A DNA stretch of 35,313 nucleotides from the IMG/VR virus record IMGVR_UViG_3300032074_000021, positions 1 to 35,313 of that record; one strand, 5' to 3'. Each line of letters begins with the position of its first letter. Positions within the stretch are counted from its first letter, which is position 1. The notes beneath the pieces were generated by a model, which worked only from the letters and a program-made list of their open reading frames with translations, had not been told where the DNA came from and ran no database searches. Positions 1-8,814 of the stretch are shown piece by piece. Origin of the DNA: a virus. Taxonomy: Duplodnaviria > Caudoviricetes. A program made the translations under genes and the position numbers.

Positions 1-74
1 AGCGTGACGTCGTCGGCGGGCATGGTCTCGGAGAACCCGATCCAGCAGTTCTCGTTGGGGATCAGCGTGGACAT
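1..74 (-). CDS. Major tail (tube) protein, N-terminal fragment running off the window
   Basis: ATG at 74 with GAAAGG RBS; reads MSTLIPNENCWIGFSETMPADDVT, resembling actinophage tail tube N-termini; follows the tail terminator gene. Confidence 0.6.
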   Translation of the reverse strand, partial: MSTLIPNENCWIGFSETMPADDVT

Positions 75-123
75 GGTGTGCCTTTCGTGGGCTCTCTTGG
101 ACTACGGATCTGATGGTAGATGC

Positions 124-606
124 TCATGAGCCACGTTCTCGGGAAAGCTGCAGCGACACGTCATCACTGACGTCCCAGAAGGGCGGGTCCGTGGAGTCGT
201 TGCGGGTGGTGGCCCCCAGCCGCGGGGTCCGCACCTGCTGCAGCACCCAGTCCACTCCCCGCAGGCTGAACGGCCCCTGCAGGGCCGTGATCGCCGCGCG
301 TACCTGATCTCCCACGTCATCGGCCTGGCTCTCCAGCGCCCCCGTGGAGGTGAGCACGTAGCCGACCTCCCAGCTGTTGCGGCTGCGCCCAACCGGGTCG
401 GACATGCCTGCCGGGGTGGTGGCCGTGCCGGTCTTGAGCGTCACGTAGGGCACGAACGTGCCTTCCCCGGGCTGTCCCTGGGTCCAGCCGCCCTCCGGCG
501 GCGCCATACCCCGGCCCACCTGGATGCCCGCCGGCGCCAGCGTCATGACCAGGTGGCTGATCACCTTGGTGGTCAGCACCGAGCGCGCGATCGGGGCAGT
601 GCTCAC
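124..606 (-). CDS. Tail terminator / tail completion protein
   Basis: 160 aa, GTGA overlap with upstream gene; G-x-G-x-A-P...PYV motif; last connector gene before the tail tube gene. Confidence 0.65.
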   Translation of the reverse strand: MSTAPIARSVLTTKVISHLVMTLAPAGIQVGRGMAPPEGGWTQGQPGEGTFVPYVTLKTGTATTPAGMSDPVGRSRNSWEVGYVLTSTGALESQADDVGDQVRAAITALQGPFSLRGVDWVLQQVRTPRLGATTRNDSTDPPFWDVSDDVSLQLSRERGS

Positions 607-911
607 TTGGCCTTCCTGGTGATCTGAGCCCGGATGTCGGCGCCGACCCCGGGCATCTGCTGGTCGAGCACCGCGCCGATCATGCTGCGGTAGCGCACTG
701 CCTGCGGCCCGGTCACTGTGATGCGCACGCCCTGGCCACGCTGGGCCACCCGGATGCCGACACTGTGCCCCGCGCGCGAGGCGGCGATGCGGACCTGACC
801 AGCGGCCTGCTTGGCCGCGCGCAGCAGCGGGTCCAGGCTCACCCCGGTGCCGGCCGCGCGCACGTCGTCCAGCTTGGCGTTGGTGGCCCGCATGGCCTGG
901 TCCGGGGTCAC
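603..911 (-). CDS. Neck/tail completion protein (HK97 gp10-like position)
   Basis: About 102 aa basic protein; GTG at 911 overlaps upstream stop (alternative start 923); function from synteny only. Confidence 0.45.
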   Translation of the reverse strand: MTPDQAMRATNAKLDDVRAAGTGVSLDPLLRAAKQAAGQVRIAASRAGHSVGIRVAQRGQGVRITVTGPQAVRYRSMIGAVLDQQMPGVGADIRAQITRKAK

Positions 912-1387
912 TTCGTGCCCCACTGCCGACTCGGCGCGATGCCCACGCAGGACAGGTCGATGCTCGCGCTGATCCGTCCGCCCACCGGCACGTCGACCAC
1001 GCGGAAGTAGCGCCCGATCATGTCCTTGTCCTGGTTGGCGGTGACCAGCACGATGTCGTCGATGCGCGGGTTGATCGGCGCGCTCTGCGGGATCGAGATC
1101 GTGGCGCTGGAGTAGTACTGCGGCTCGTCGCCCAGGTTCATGGTGATCGGCCCGCTGGCCAGAGTGATCCCGGCCTTGGCCCCGACGCCGGGGAAGTCCG
1201 GGTCGTCGTAGATCGGGCTGGCAGTGCCGTTCTGGTACTCCCTGGAGGTCTCATCGAAGGTGGCCGTGCCCGGCCGGGTGATCACCACCAGGGAGTTCAT
1301 GGCGCCCTCGGCAGCGGGCTGGGCCAGCTGCTGGGCGTAGGCCATCGAGCGCCGGGTAGCAGCCGCAGCCAGTGTGGAGATGCTCAC
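908..1387 (-). CDS. Head-to-tail stopper / head closure protein (DUF6093-like)
   Basis: 159 aa; ITRPG..FDE...IY and ISIP....PRIDDIVLVT...D..M.GR.FRV pattern; follows the adaptor. Confidence 0.65.
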   Translation of the reverse strand: MSISTLAAAATRRSMAYAQQLAQPAAEGAMNSLVVITRPGTATFDETSREYQNGTASPIYDDPDFPGVGAKAGITLASGPITMNLGDEPQYYSSATISIPQSAPINPRIDDIVLVTANQDKDMIGRYFRVVDVPVGGRISASIDLSCVGIAPSRQWGTK

Positions 1388-1872
1388 GGCACCGCCCCAA
1401 CCGCGGTCATCTCAGCGGCCACGAACGGGTCGTAGGTCCAGCCGCCGAAGTCCTGCAGGCCCACCTCAGGGTTGTCCATCAGGCCCACCCCGAAGCGCAG
1501 CGGCTTGATGGAGTAGTCCGGGCTCTGGCCGACCATGAGGTTGGAGATGTCGACCTGCCCGCCGACCTGAGCCGCCTTGTACTCGTCGCGCAGCCCCTCG
1601 GCGAGGTCGCGGTAGCGCTGAGCCAGGTCGGCGGTGTTGACGCTCACGCCGTCGGCCGAGACCGAGACGATGCCGGCGAACTTGCGGCTGATGGAGGCGG
1701 CCGCCACCGCGGCCACGTAGGTCAGGGAGTCGTAGCGCTCCAGCCAGGTGGTGATCAGGTAGTCCAGCTCTTCGTCCTGAAGCAGCGGGAAGCCCTGGTC
1801 GGTGTCCTGCACCAGGAAGCGCAGCTCGTCGCGCTGGGAGCTGCTCGGGTCACCGGAGTAGGTCCAGGCCAT
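1384..1872 (-). CDS. Head-to-tail adaptor
   Basis: 162 aa; WTYSGDP...RDELRFLVQDTD...LLQDEELDYL N-terminus typical of adaptor proteins; downstream of the capsid gene. Confidence 0.75.
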   Translation of the reverse strand: MAWTYSGDPSSSQRDELRFLVQDTDQGFPLLQDEELDYLITTWLERYDSLTYVAAVAAASISRKFAGIVSVSADGVSVNTADLAQRYRDLAEGLRDEYKAAQVGGQVDISNLMVGQSPDYSIKPLRFGVGLMDNPEVGLQDFGGWTYDPFVAAEMTAVGAVP

Positions 1873-1875
1873 GGC

Positions 1876-2187
1876 TCACTCCTTGGTGGTGGCGACCTCG
1901 GTGACGGGAGTTCCGTCCAGCTGGGGCCGGCAGAACTCCTCGAAGGTGATGAACTCCTCGCCCTCGTAGACCGGCCGGACGCGCCGGGCGCCGACCCATG
2001 CCTCGAGGCGAGTCCATCCCGCCGCCCCAGGCACCTCTACGCCCTGGGTCAGCGTGTGCTCGCCGTAGTCCAGCGGCTTGGCGCCGCAGACGTAGGCGAC
2101 GACCTGGCGGGCCGCCTCGCGTGGTGAGGGGTCCGCCAGTGCGACTCGCTTGCCGCGCTTCGCAGGCCCCCTGCTGGTGGCCGCCAT
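1876..2187 (-). CDS. Small head-associated hypothetical protein
   Basis: 103 aa, TGATG overlap; shares a ~40-aa domain with 2187..2420 and with the fibre N-terminus. Confidence 0.6.
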   Translation of the reverse strand: MAATSRGPAKRGKRVALADPSPREAARQVVAYVCGAKPLDYGEHTLTQGVEVPGAAGWTRLEAWVGARRVRPVYEGEEFITFEEFCRPQLDGTPVTEVATTKE

Positions 2188-2420
2188 CAGATGTCGCGCC
2201 GCGCGACCGCGGACACGTCCGTGGGCCCCGTGGTGGTCTTGCGGTTGCGACGGCGGTGCGGGTCGAGGTTGGGCACCAGCAGCCGGCGCGACAGCAGCGC
2301 CGAAAGCCGCCGGGTACCCTTCACGACCGCGCTGGGCACGTCGTCACCCGGCTGGTAGGTCTGACCGTTCATGACGATCTTCCTACCAGCCGAGTACGAC
2401 GTCGGCCTCTTCAGGACCAT
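2187..2420 (-). CDS. Small head-associated hypothetical protein
   Basis: ATG at 2420 overlaps the capsid stop (TGATG); 77 aa; GQTYQPGDDVP motif. Confidence 0.6.
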   Translation of the reverse strand: MVLKRPTSYSAGRKIVMNGQTYQPGDDVPSAVVKGTRRLSALLSRRLLVPNLDPHRRRNRKTTTGPTDVSAVARRDI

Positions 2421-3418
2421 CAGAGAACCGCCGAGCCCACCCACATGCCCATGTCGTTGCAGACGACCTTCATGTCGTAGGTCTGCTCTGCCTCGATCCG
2501 GTCTGAGGCGATGCGCTCCTCGCGGAACTTCTTGACCCGGATGCCCTCGGAGTTGCCGCCGAGGTAGCCGCTCCAGGTGAAGGTGTAGCCGGCCGACGGG
2601 GTCATCAGCGAGGGCGATGCCGGCGCGTAGGCAAACAGCAGGCCCTTCGGGTCACCGATGAAGGCGTAGGTGGCGGCCGCATCCTGCTGCACGGCGTCGG
2701 GGATCTGCGGGCCGGTGGCCTGCGTCGCGTACGTCACGAAGAGCTCGTCGACGTCGAACAGCGTCGCGATGAGGTCCTCGGTGACGATGCCCCGCTGGGT
2801 GTACTTGATCCGGTCGATGATGTCGGGGTGCTGCTTGAGCGCCTTCATCACGTAGGCGCCCATGACGCAGACGTTCGGGGCGAAGCCGGTGAGCTGACGG
2901 AAGTCGATCAGCCACTGGGCCACGTCGCCGAGCGGGTCGGAGCTGGCCTGGTTCCACTGCAGGAAGTCCGTGCCGGTCGGGGCCGTGGCCACGCCGGTCT
3001 TCTCGGTGGCCCAGACGCCGCTGCGGAAGTAGGAGTTCGTCCAGTCCACGTCCCGCTTGAGCAGGTGCTGGTTGGTGACGAACTCGGTGGCGTCGCGGTC
3101 CAGGTTGAAGTTCGAGTCCGCGTTGGCTCGCACCTGGTCGTCGATGTCCTTGTGCACGGCGTACACGTGGCAGAAGTACTGGTCCGTGGTCTGCGACCAG
3201 CCGACACCGGGTGATTCGGTGCTCGGTGCGCGGCGGGCGACGTCCGAACGCCGCCAGTCGCTCTTGGAGTACTTCCAGTAGAGGTCGGACTGCTTGTTGA
3301 CCTTGACCTTGGGGAAGATCTTGTCGGCGATGTAGCTGTCGGCGGACTGCATGTACGCGACGCTGACGTTGGTCAGCGGGACGTTGACGTGCAGATCGGC
3401 CTGCGTGGGGCTGGGCAT
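2420..3418 (-). CDS. Major capsid protein (HK97 fold)
   Basis: 332 aa; LTNVSVAY..IADKIFP.V.V.KQSD.Y N-terminus and PSAGYTF.W near the C-terminus; RBS AGGAAGG; follows scaffold and decoration genes. Confidence 0.9.
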   Translation of the reverse strand: MPSPTQADLHVNVPLTNVSVAYMQSADSYIADKIFPKVKVNKQSDLYWKYSKSDWRRSDVARRAPSTESPGVGWSQTTDQYFCHVYAVHKDIDDQVRANADSNFNLDRDATEFVTNQHLLKRDVDWTNSYFRSGVWATEKTGVATAPTGTDFLQWNQASSDPLGDVAQWLIDFRQLTGFAPNVCVMGAYVMKALKQHPDIIDRIKYTQRGIVTEDLIATLFDVDELFVTYATQATGPQIPDAVQQDAAATYAFIGDPKGLLFAYAPASPSLMTPSAGYTFTWSGYLGGNSEGIRVKKFREERIASDRIEAEQTYDMKVVCNDMGMWVGSAVL

Positions 3419-3437
3419 GCTGTTCTACCTTCCTAGC

Positions 3438-3839
3438 TCAGAGGACCCGCAGGACCGGGACCAGCTCGCCAGCACCCGCGGCGATGCCGATGGCCTGGAA
3501 CTTGCCGTTGGCGGCGTCGGTCACGGCGCGGCCGGTCGCGTCCGGGGCCACGAGGTCCCCAGCTGCGATCGCGCCACCGGCAACGACGTTGGACACCCCG
3601 AAGATGCCGACCGTGGCGGCGGCACCCGGTTGCTGGGGCTTGTTCTGCAGGATGCCGACCGTGCGGTCTGTGGCCCCCGTGCAGAGGCCGACCTGGTGCG
3701 CGCCCGTGATCTTCACGAAGCGGTACATCATGCCGGAGTTGGGGACGGCGCTACCGGGCTGGCCGGGGACGCCCGTGTAGATCCCGAGCGACGCATCTGC
3801 GTCGAGCGAGATCGACTTGAGGGACTCTTCGTAGCTCAT
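3438..3839 (-). CDS. Capsid decoration/cement protein (DUF2190-like)
   Basis: 133 aa; YRFVK...GILQNKP...G.S.VVAGGAIAAGD.V..DA.GRAV pattern; immediately upstream of the major capsid gene. Confidence 0.75.
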   Translation of the reverse strand: MSYEESLKSISLDADASLGIYTGVPGQPGSAVPNSGMMYRFVKITGAHQVGLCTGATDRTVGILQNKPQQPGAAATVGIFGVSNVVAGGAIAAGDLVAPDATGRAVTDAANGKFQAIGIAAGAGELVPVLRVL

Positions 3840-3849
3840 CAGGCGCTCC

Positions 3850-4887
3850 TCAGCGGCGGTTCTGCTCGGCCTCGTACTCGTCGTACGCGGCGGGGTTTGC
3901 GGAGAACAGAGCGGTGACGGCCTGCTCCTGGGTCATGTCGGAGTCGGACTTGGCGATGGCCTCACCGGCGATCGCGAAGACCTGGCCCAGGACGTCGGAC
4001 TCCATGGTGCCGCTGTAGCCGATCTCGCTCATCGCGGCCTTGGAGATCTCGCCGTAGGAGGAGAAGAGCCGGTCCAGCGCAGCAACATCGGCCTCGGGCA
4101 GGCTCTGGGCTGCGCGGTACATCAGGCCGCCGATCTCATCGGGGTCCACCGGCAGCTCGTAGCTCTTGGCGAGCTCGGAGAAGCCCTCCTGGTCGCGCTC
4201 CTCCATGAGGAAGGCCACCTGCTCCTCGAGGTCCTCGTTTCGCTTGGCGATGCCCTCGAACTGCTCGAACGCCTTGGCGAACACCTGGTCGCGGTCTGAG
4301 TCGTTCAGCGCCTTGGACAGCTCCTCGAGCACCTGGTCGCCCATCGACTTGCCGACCTTGTGGTTGACGTAGGTCGCCCCGGCTGCGCCACCTCCGGCTG
4401 CGCCGCCGTAGCGGATGCCAGCGCGGCCGCCGGCCGGGATCGCCCGGTACTGCATGTCGGCAGCGGTGCGCAGGCTCTGAGCACGTCGGCCGATCCGCTC
4501 GCCAGCCTCGCGGCCGGTGGCAGCCGTCCGCTCACGAGCCCAGCTGGCCTCGCCGCGGGCCTTCATCCGGCCCAGGCGGCCGGCGGCACGGACCTTGGCC
4601 GGGACGCGGAAGGCCTTGCCGACCTCGTCCTCGAAGCCCTCGTCCTCGCCGCCCTCGTCCGCGCCGTCCTCGACGAAGACGAACTCGTTGCCCTGGTCGT
4701 CGTAGACGGTGTCGCCGTGCTCGAGCTCCTCCTCGAGGACCTCGTTCCCTTCGCCGTCGAAAACGGCCATGTTGTCCTCCTGGTAGCTCTTCGCGATCGC
4801 GACCAGACCGTGCTGGTTGGCTGGCCGGTCCACCAACGAGACCTCGTCGATCTCGAGGTTGGAAAGCCGCTTCACCATACGTCCCAT
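3850..4887 (-). CDS. Scaffolding protein with N-terminal prohead-protease-like segment (EVSLVDRPAN) and an internal basic insert
   Basis: 345 aa; acidic and coiled-coil regions; C-terminal EQAVTALFSANPAAYDEY capsid-binding-type helix; internal AGGAGG RBS with in-frame ATG at 4770. Confidence 0.75.
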   Translation of the reverse strand: MGRMVKRLSNLEIDEVSLVDRPANQHGLVAIAKSYQEDNMAVFDGEGNEVLEEELEHGDTVYDDQGNEFVFVEDGADEGGEDEGFEDEVGKAFRVPAKVRAAGRLGRMKARGEASWARERTAATGREAGERIGRRAQSLRTAADMQYRAIPAGGRAGIRYGGAAGGGAAGATYVNHKVGKSMGDQVLEELSKALNDSDRDQVFAKAFEQFEGIAKRNEDLEEQVAFLMEERDQEGFSELAKSYELPVDPDEIGGLMYRAAQSLPEADVAALDRLFSSYGEISKAAMSEIGYSGTMESDVLGQVFAIAGEAIAKSDSDMTQEQAVTALFSANPAAYDEYEAEQNRR

Positions 4888-4950
4888 GTCGACCTCAGTC
4901 TGAGTGCTGGTAGTGCTGGATGGATGGTACTTCTGAACGACACGCCGTGG

Positions 4951-5577
4951 TTACAGGCGCTTGCCCTTTCGCGCTCCGCTGGGGATCTTGCTGTTGATCT
5001 CGTTGGCCACGACCCGACCCCGCAGTCGGCTTACCCCCAGCGCTCGCCGGCCGTTGTTCTCCTTGAAGGCCGGGCTCTCCCAGATCATCTGGACTCGCCG
5101 AGCCGTCTTGGGCGCGCCGAACGCCTTGAGGACGTCGGACTTGCCGAACGGCCCGGTGCGCAGAGCGGGCGTGGAACCGCGATACAGCTCCAGCCTGGTG
5201 GCCGGGCCGCCCTTGCGGCGCCCGGTGCCGCGCACCAGGTCGTTGCCGTGGCCGATGTGCCGGCCGGTGGGGACCAGCGCTCGGATCACCGTGCTGGCCT
5301 GCGGGTCCAACGGGAGTGCCTTGCCGAACACGACGACCTCGGTGAACGGGTTGATCAGGCTCTTGGCCACGGTCTTGCCCTTCTGCTGGTTGTGGCGGTG
5401 CGCGAGGTAGGCCCCTGTGCCTATCCCGGCACCTACGGGGATCGCGGCCAGGCGTAGCCGCCGGCTAGCGACGTGGGTGGTTGCAGGCTTGGCCGCCTCG
5501 ATGGCCGGCGGCTGGCGCTCGGCGCGTCGCAGGTCCCGCTCGTAGCGCGGCACGAAGGGCTTGGCCCGGCGCCTCAT
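4951..5577 (-). CDS. Basic glycine-zipper head-region protein
   Basis: ATG at 5577 (TGATG overlap); 208 aa; LAAIPVGAGIGTGAYLA segment; VAKS, FGKA and FGKS motifs. Confidence 0.6.
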   Translation of the reverse strand: MRRRAKPFVPRYERDLRRAERQPPAIEAAKPATTHVASRRLRLAAIPVGAGIGTGAYLAHRHNQQKGKTVAKSLINPFTEVVVFGKALPLDPQASTVIRALVPTGRHIGHGNDLVRGTGRRKGGPATRLELYRGSTPALRTGPFGKSDVLKAFGAPKTARRVQMIWESPAFKENNGRRALGVSRLRGRVVANEINSKIPSGARKGKRL

Positions 5578-6533
5578 CAGTTCCACGCCCGTCCGCGCGC
5601 GCCCTCGGCGTGCTGACGCACCAGCCCGGCGCCGGCCACCCCAGCGGTACCGCCGCCGAGGTAGGCCAGGTCCTGCGGGGAGGCCGCAACCGCGCGGACC
5701 AAGCCCGGACGCAGCTTGCGCGCCGAGCTCAGGGCACGGGTGGTCTTGCGGGTGCCGTGCACGCCGCGCGCCATGCTCGCTACACCGCCTATGGCCAACG
5801 CGGCCTCGGCGGCCCCAAGACGACGCTGGCGACGGTGCTCGGGGTCGTAGTGCCGGGCCTTGCCCACGGTCTGCTTGGCGGCCTGCCGTTTGCGCCGCTG
5901 AGCAGCGCGCAAGTCGCGCTCGGAAGCCTTCATCTCCTTGCCGGGTCCGTGCGTGCCAGCAACCAGCATGCCCAGACCTGCGACAGCCCCGGCCGTTGGC
6001 GCCAGCTCGGCGACACCCAGGCGACCTGCGGTGCGGAACAGGCCCGCCCGGCGTGGCATCGTGGTGACGTCGTAGGCCTTGCCCCTCTTCGGGGCATGGC
6101 GCATCGCAGGGTCATCAGCGTGGAACGGGGTGCTGGGGTCCCAGGATGCCTTGCTCAGCGCGGCGATCTTGGCTCGGTTCCGCGCGGTGGCCTTCTTCTG
6201 CTCATGCCGAGCCAACGGCGTCACGCCGGCAGTCGCGGCGAAGGTAGCCCCGCCCATGCCGAGCGTGATCTTGCCCAGCTTGGCCTGAGTGCGGTGCTCG
6301 GCCTCGGTGTACCCATGCCTGCGGTTCGCGTAGTCGGTCACGCTGTCGGTGTCCTTGTTGCGCGGAATGCCGCCGTGGTACCCCTTGGCGCCGCGCTGCA
6401 GGACCGTCCCGCGAATCGCCTCTTCCGCCCTACGGGGTGCCATCTTGGCGATCGGGGCGTCCGAGAGCGGGGCATCCTCGAGGTCGGTCAGCTTGCGCCC
6501 GCGGGTGCCGCCGTTGCCGTAGCGAGCAGTCAT
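5577..6533 (-). CDS. Basic glycine-zipper head-region protein (multi-module)
   Basis: 318 aa; overlapping start and stop with neighbours; several Gly/Ala hydrophobic helices; IAKM, LSKA and VGKA motifs. Confidence 0.65.
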   Translation of the reverse strand: MTARYGNGGTRGRKLTDLEDAPLSDAPIAKMAPRRAEEAIRGTVLQRGAKGYHGGIPRNKDTDSVTDYANRRHGYTEAEHRTQAKLGKITLGMGGATFAATAGVTPLARHEQKKATARNRAKIAALSKASWDPSTPFHADDPAMRHAPKRGKAYDVTTMPRRAGLFRTAGRLGVAELAPTAGAVAGLGMLVAGTHGPGKEMKASERDLRAAQRRKRQAAKQTVGKARHYDPEHRRQRRLGAAEAALAIGGVASMARGVHGTRKTTRALSSARKLRPGLVRAVAASPQDLAYLGGGTAGVAGAGLVRQHAEGARGRAWN

Positions 6534-7486
6534 CAGAAACTCCTGTATGCCACGGGCGTCGAGACCTGGCGGTAGCTGGTGCGGCGGATGGGGTGTGCGT
6601 GCCCTGCGAGAAGGATGCCAGCCGCGGTGGCCACATCGCCGCGAAGCGGGGCCGGAACCGCCAAGACGGCGGCGTTGACGGCCTGAACCTGCCGGACCGC
6701 ACGCTCGCCTGGAGCGGTCCCGCGACGCAGCACGCCCTGGGCGGACTGGGCCAGCTGCAGGGCCCGTATGGCCGCGGCGTCATCACGGCGCTGGGACGCC
6801 TTGACGCCCCGCTTGAGGGCCGCGCCGAGCATCCGGGAGCGGCCCAGCCCCCAGGCACCGATACCGATGGCCGCACCTGTCTCCAGCGTGCGCACCGGGG
6901 AAGTCCTGCGTTCCTGGTAGAACAGCGCCTTGCCGACGTCGTGACGGTGCGCTGCCGCGTCCGCACCCAGCGCAAGGCCCACCCCGCCGCCGATGGCCGC
7001 GCCGTTCAGCACCTTGCCCTTGGTCCCGGACATGTGCCCCAGCGCCCGCTTGTACTTGGCCGCCGGGAGCCGCTTGGGGTAGTTGCGGTAGAAGCTCGGC
7101 TGGTCGGCAGGTGCCGGCTTCCCGCCGTTGGGCACGTTGTAGAACTTGCGGTGCTGGCGGAAGATCTTCTCCTTCTGCGAGCGGGACAGGCCGTTGTCCG
7201 TGCGCTCGGCCTTGTGGCCGGCGGCGCGGATACCGAAGCCGGTGCCCACCCAGGCACCCTGACCGCCGGCGGCGCCCACGCCCAGAGCGGCGACCCGGTC
7301 CGCGCGGCGCTTGGCGCGCTGGTCTCGGTGACGGTCCAGCGCCGGAGCCTGCCCGGCGACGCCGGTTGCCGCTCCCGCACCGGAGACGCCGATGGACCAC
7401 TGCGCGGGGTGACGGCGGATCGAGCCGGAGGCCAGCTTCAGCGGGTTGGCCGCCTTGCTGACCGGCTGGAGTCGTCGCCCGCTCAT
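6533..7486 (-). CDS. Basic glycine-zipper head-region protein (multi-module)
   Basis: ATG at 7486 (ATGA overlap with the protease stop); 317 aa; VSKA and VGKA motifs. Confidence 0.65.
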   Translation of the reverse strand: MSGRRLQPVSKAANPLKLASGSIRRHPAQWSIGVSGAGAATGVAGQAPALDRHRDQRAKRRADRVAALGVGAAGGQGAWVGTGFGIRAAGHKAERTDNGLSRSQKEKIFRQHRKFYNVPNGGKPAPADQPSFYRNYPKRLPAAKYKRALGHMSGTKGKVLNGAAIGGGVGLALGADAAAHRHDVGKALFYQERRTSPVRTLETGAAIGIGAWGLGRSRMLGAALKRGVKASQRRDDAAAIRALQLAQSAQGVLRRGTAPGERAVRQVQAVNAAVLAVPAPLRGDVATAAGILLAGHAHPIRRTSYRQVSTPVAYRSF

Positions 7487-8778
7487 GCGGTGTACCCCAT
7501 CAGCTCGTCGAGGTCGTGGTCCTTGCGGATGCCCTTGCCGTGGATCGAGAAGCCGGTGCGCTCGCCCTTGCGCACCAGGTCCCAGGTCACTGGGTCGTGC
7601 ACCTTGTAGCCGACCCACCAGCCGCGCGGGAAGTCATCCGGCAGGCCCATCTTGGCGATCTTGTCGTCGGTGAAGACCATCGACTCGACCAGGTCGGAGA
7701 CCTTGTGCGCGTCCTGGCCGTTGCGCCGGTGCATGTCCCCGCCGACGCGGGACTTGTGCACGTAGGCGTATGCCGCGTCCTCGATGTCCTCGGGGGAGAT
7801 GTAGTCGCCCTGACGGTCCACCACCGGCTGGCCGTTGGCCTTGACCACGCTGGCCCAACCGAAGGCCAGGTGCTTGTCGTCGTCGAACTTGGAGAACTCG
7901 CCGGCCCACTCGACCGTGCCCTCCTGCTCGCCTTGCTCGTCGCGCTTGCCGTAGGCGTAGGCGTCGGGCACGTAGGCACCCTGGGCGCCCTGCGAGCGCT
8001 GGCGCAGCGAGCCGCCCAGCTTGTGCGCCCCGGCCAGCCCGGCGCCGCCGGCCAGCACCTTGCCCGAGGTGGTCGAGAGCATCCGGCCGACGTCGTTGCC
8101 CGCCTTGCGCGCGTTCGAGTTGGCCTTGGCGTTTCCCATCGCCTCGGCCTGGCTGGTCGGGCGCCCGGCCGCGCGGTCCGCGCGAGTAACCGCCCGCTGG
8201 GCGAGCTCGGCCTTGGCCGGTGGGGTACCAGGGGTCGGGCCCGAGGCGGTCACCGTCTTGAGCATCCCCCGGTGCAGCCGGCGGAAGCCCTCGGCCACGT
8301 CGTCCAGCTTGGGCATCGCCTTGGAGGTGGGCTGCTTCTCCTTCTGGGCCAGCGTGCGGTTGATCGCGACGTCGCCGCCCATGTTCACCGCCTGGGTGCC
8401 GAGCGCGCCGGCCGCGAGCGCCGCGCCGACCTTGCCGCCCTTGCTGGAGATCGGGCTGGGGATCTTGCGGCCGGTGGCGTACAGGCCGCGCAGGATCTTG
8501 CCGCCCTCCTTGAGGCGCTCGTCGCGCAGCGCCTGACCGGTGGCCATCCCAGCGGCGGTCAGGCCCAGCACGTTGGAGCCCTGCTCGAACCTGCGGCGCA
8601 TCGAGGTGCCCGTGTTGGCGTGCAGGTCGGCCTGGTCGGGGCCGCTCTTGATGACCTCGTCCCAGATCACGTCGGCGTCCACCAGCTCGCCGTAGAGGGT
8701 CTTGCACAGTGCGACGAACTCCGGGGTCGCTCCCGCCCGCGCGCGCTCGGCCTTGCTGACTGCCATGTCGGACATCAT
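7483..8778 (-). CDS. Capsid maturation protease, C-terminal XkdF-like serine protease domain preceded by glycine-zipper modules
   Basis: FSKFDDDKHLAFGWASV...DRQGD...GDMH...LVES...WWVGYKV...W..V.KGERTGFSIHG matches the XkdF signature (His and GFS Ser); AGGAG RBS before ATG 8778 (alternative GTG 8811). Confidence 0.85.
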   Translation of the reverse strand: MMSDMAVSKAERARAGATPEFVALCKTLYGELVDADVIWDEVIKSGPDQADLHANTGTSMRRRFEQGSNVLGLTAAGMATGQALRDERLKEGGKILRGLYATGRKIPSPISSKGGKVGAALAAGALGTQAVNMGGDVAINRTLAQKEKQPTSKAMPKLDDVAEGFRRLHRGMLKTVTASGPTPGTPPAKAELAQRAVTRADRAAGRPTSQAEAMGNAKANSNARKAGNDVGRMLSTTSGKVLAGGAGLAGAHKLGGSLRQRSQGAQGAYVPDAYAYGKRDEQGEQEGTVEWAGEFSKFDDDKHLAFGWASVVKANGQPVVDRQGDYISPEDIEDAAYAYVHKSRVGGDMHRRNGQDAHKVSDLVESMVFTDDKIAKMGLPDDFPRGWWVGYKVHDPVTWDLVRKGERTGFSIHGKGIRKDHDLDELMGYTA

Positions 8779-8814
8779 CGCGGGCATCTCCTGCTGGGTG
8801 CTGTAGGACACGCG

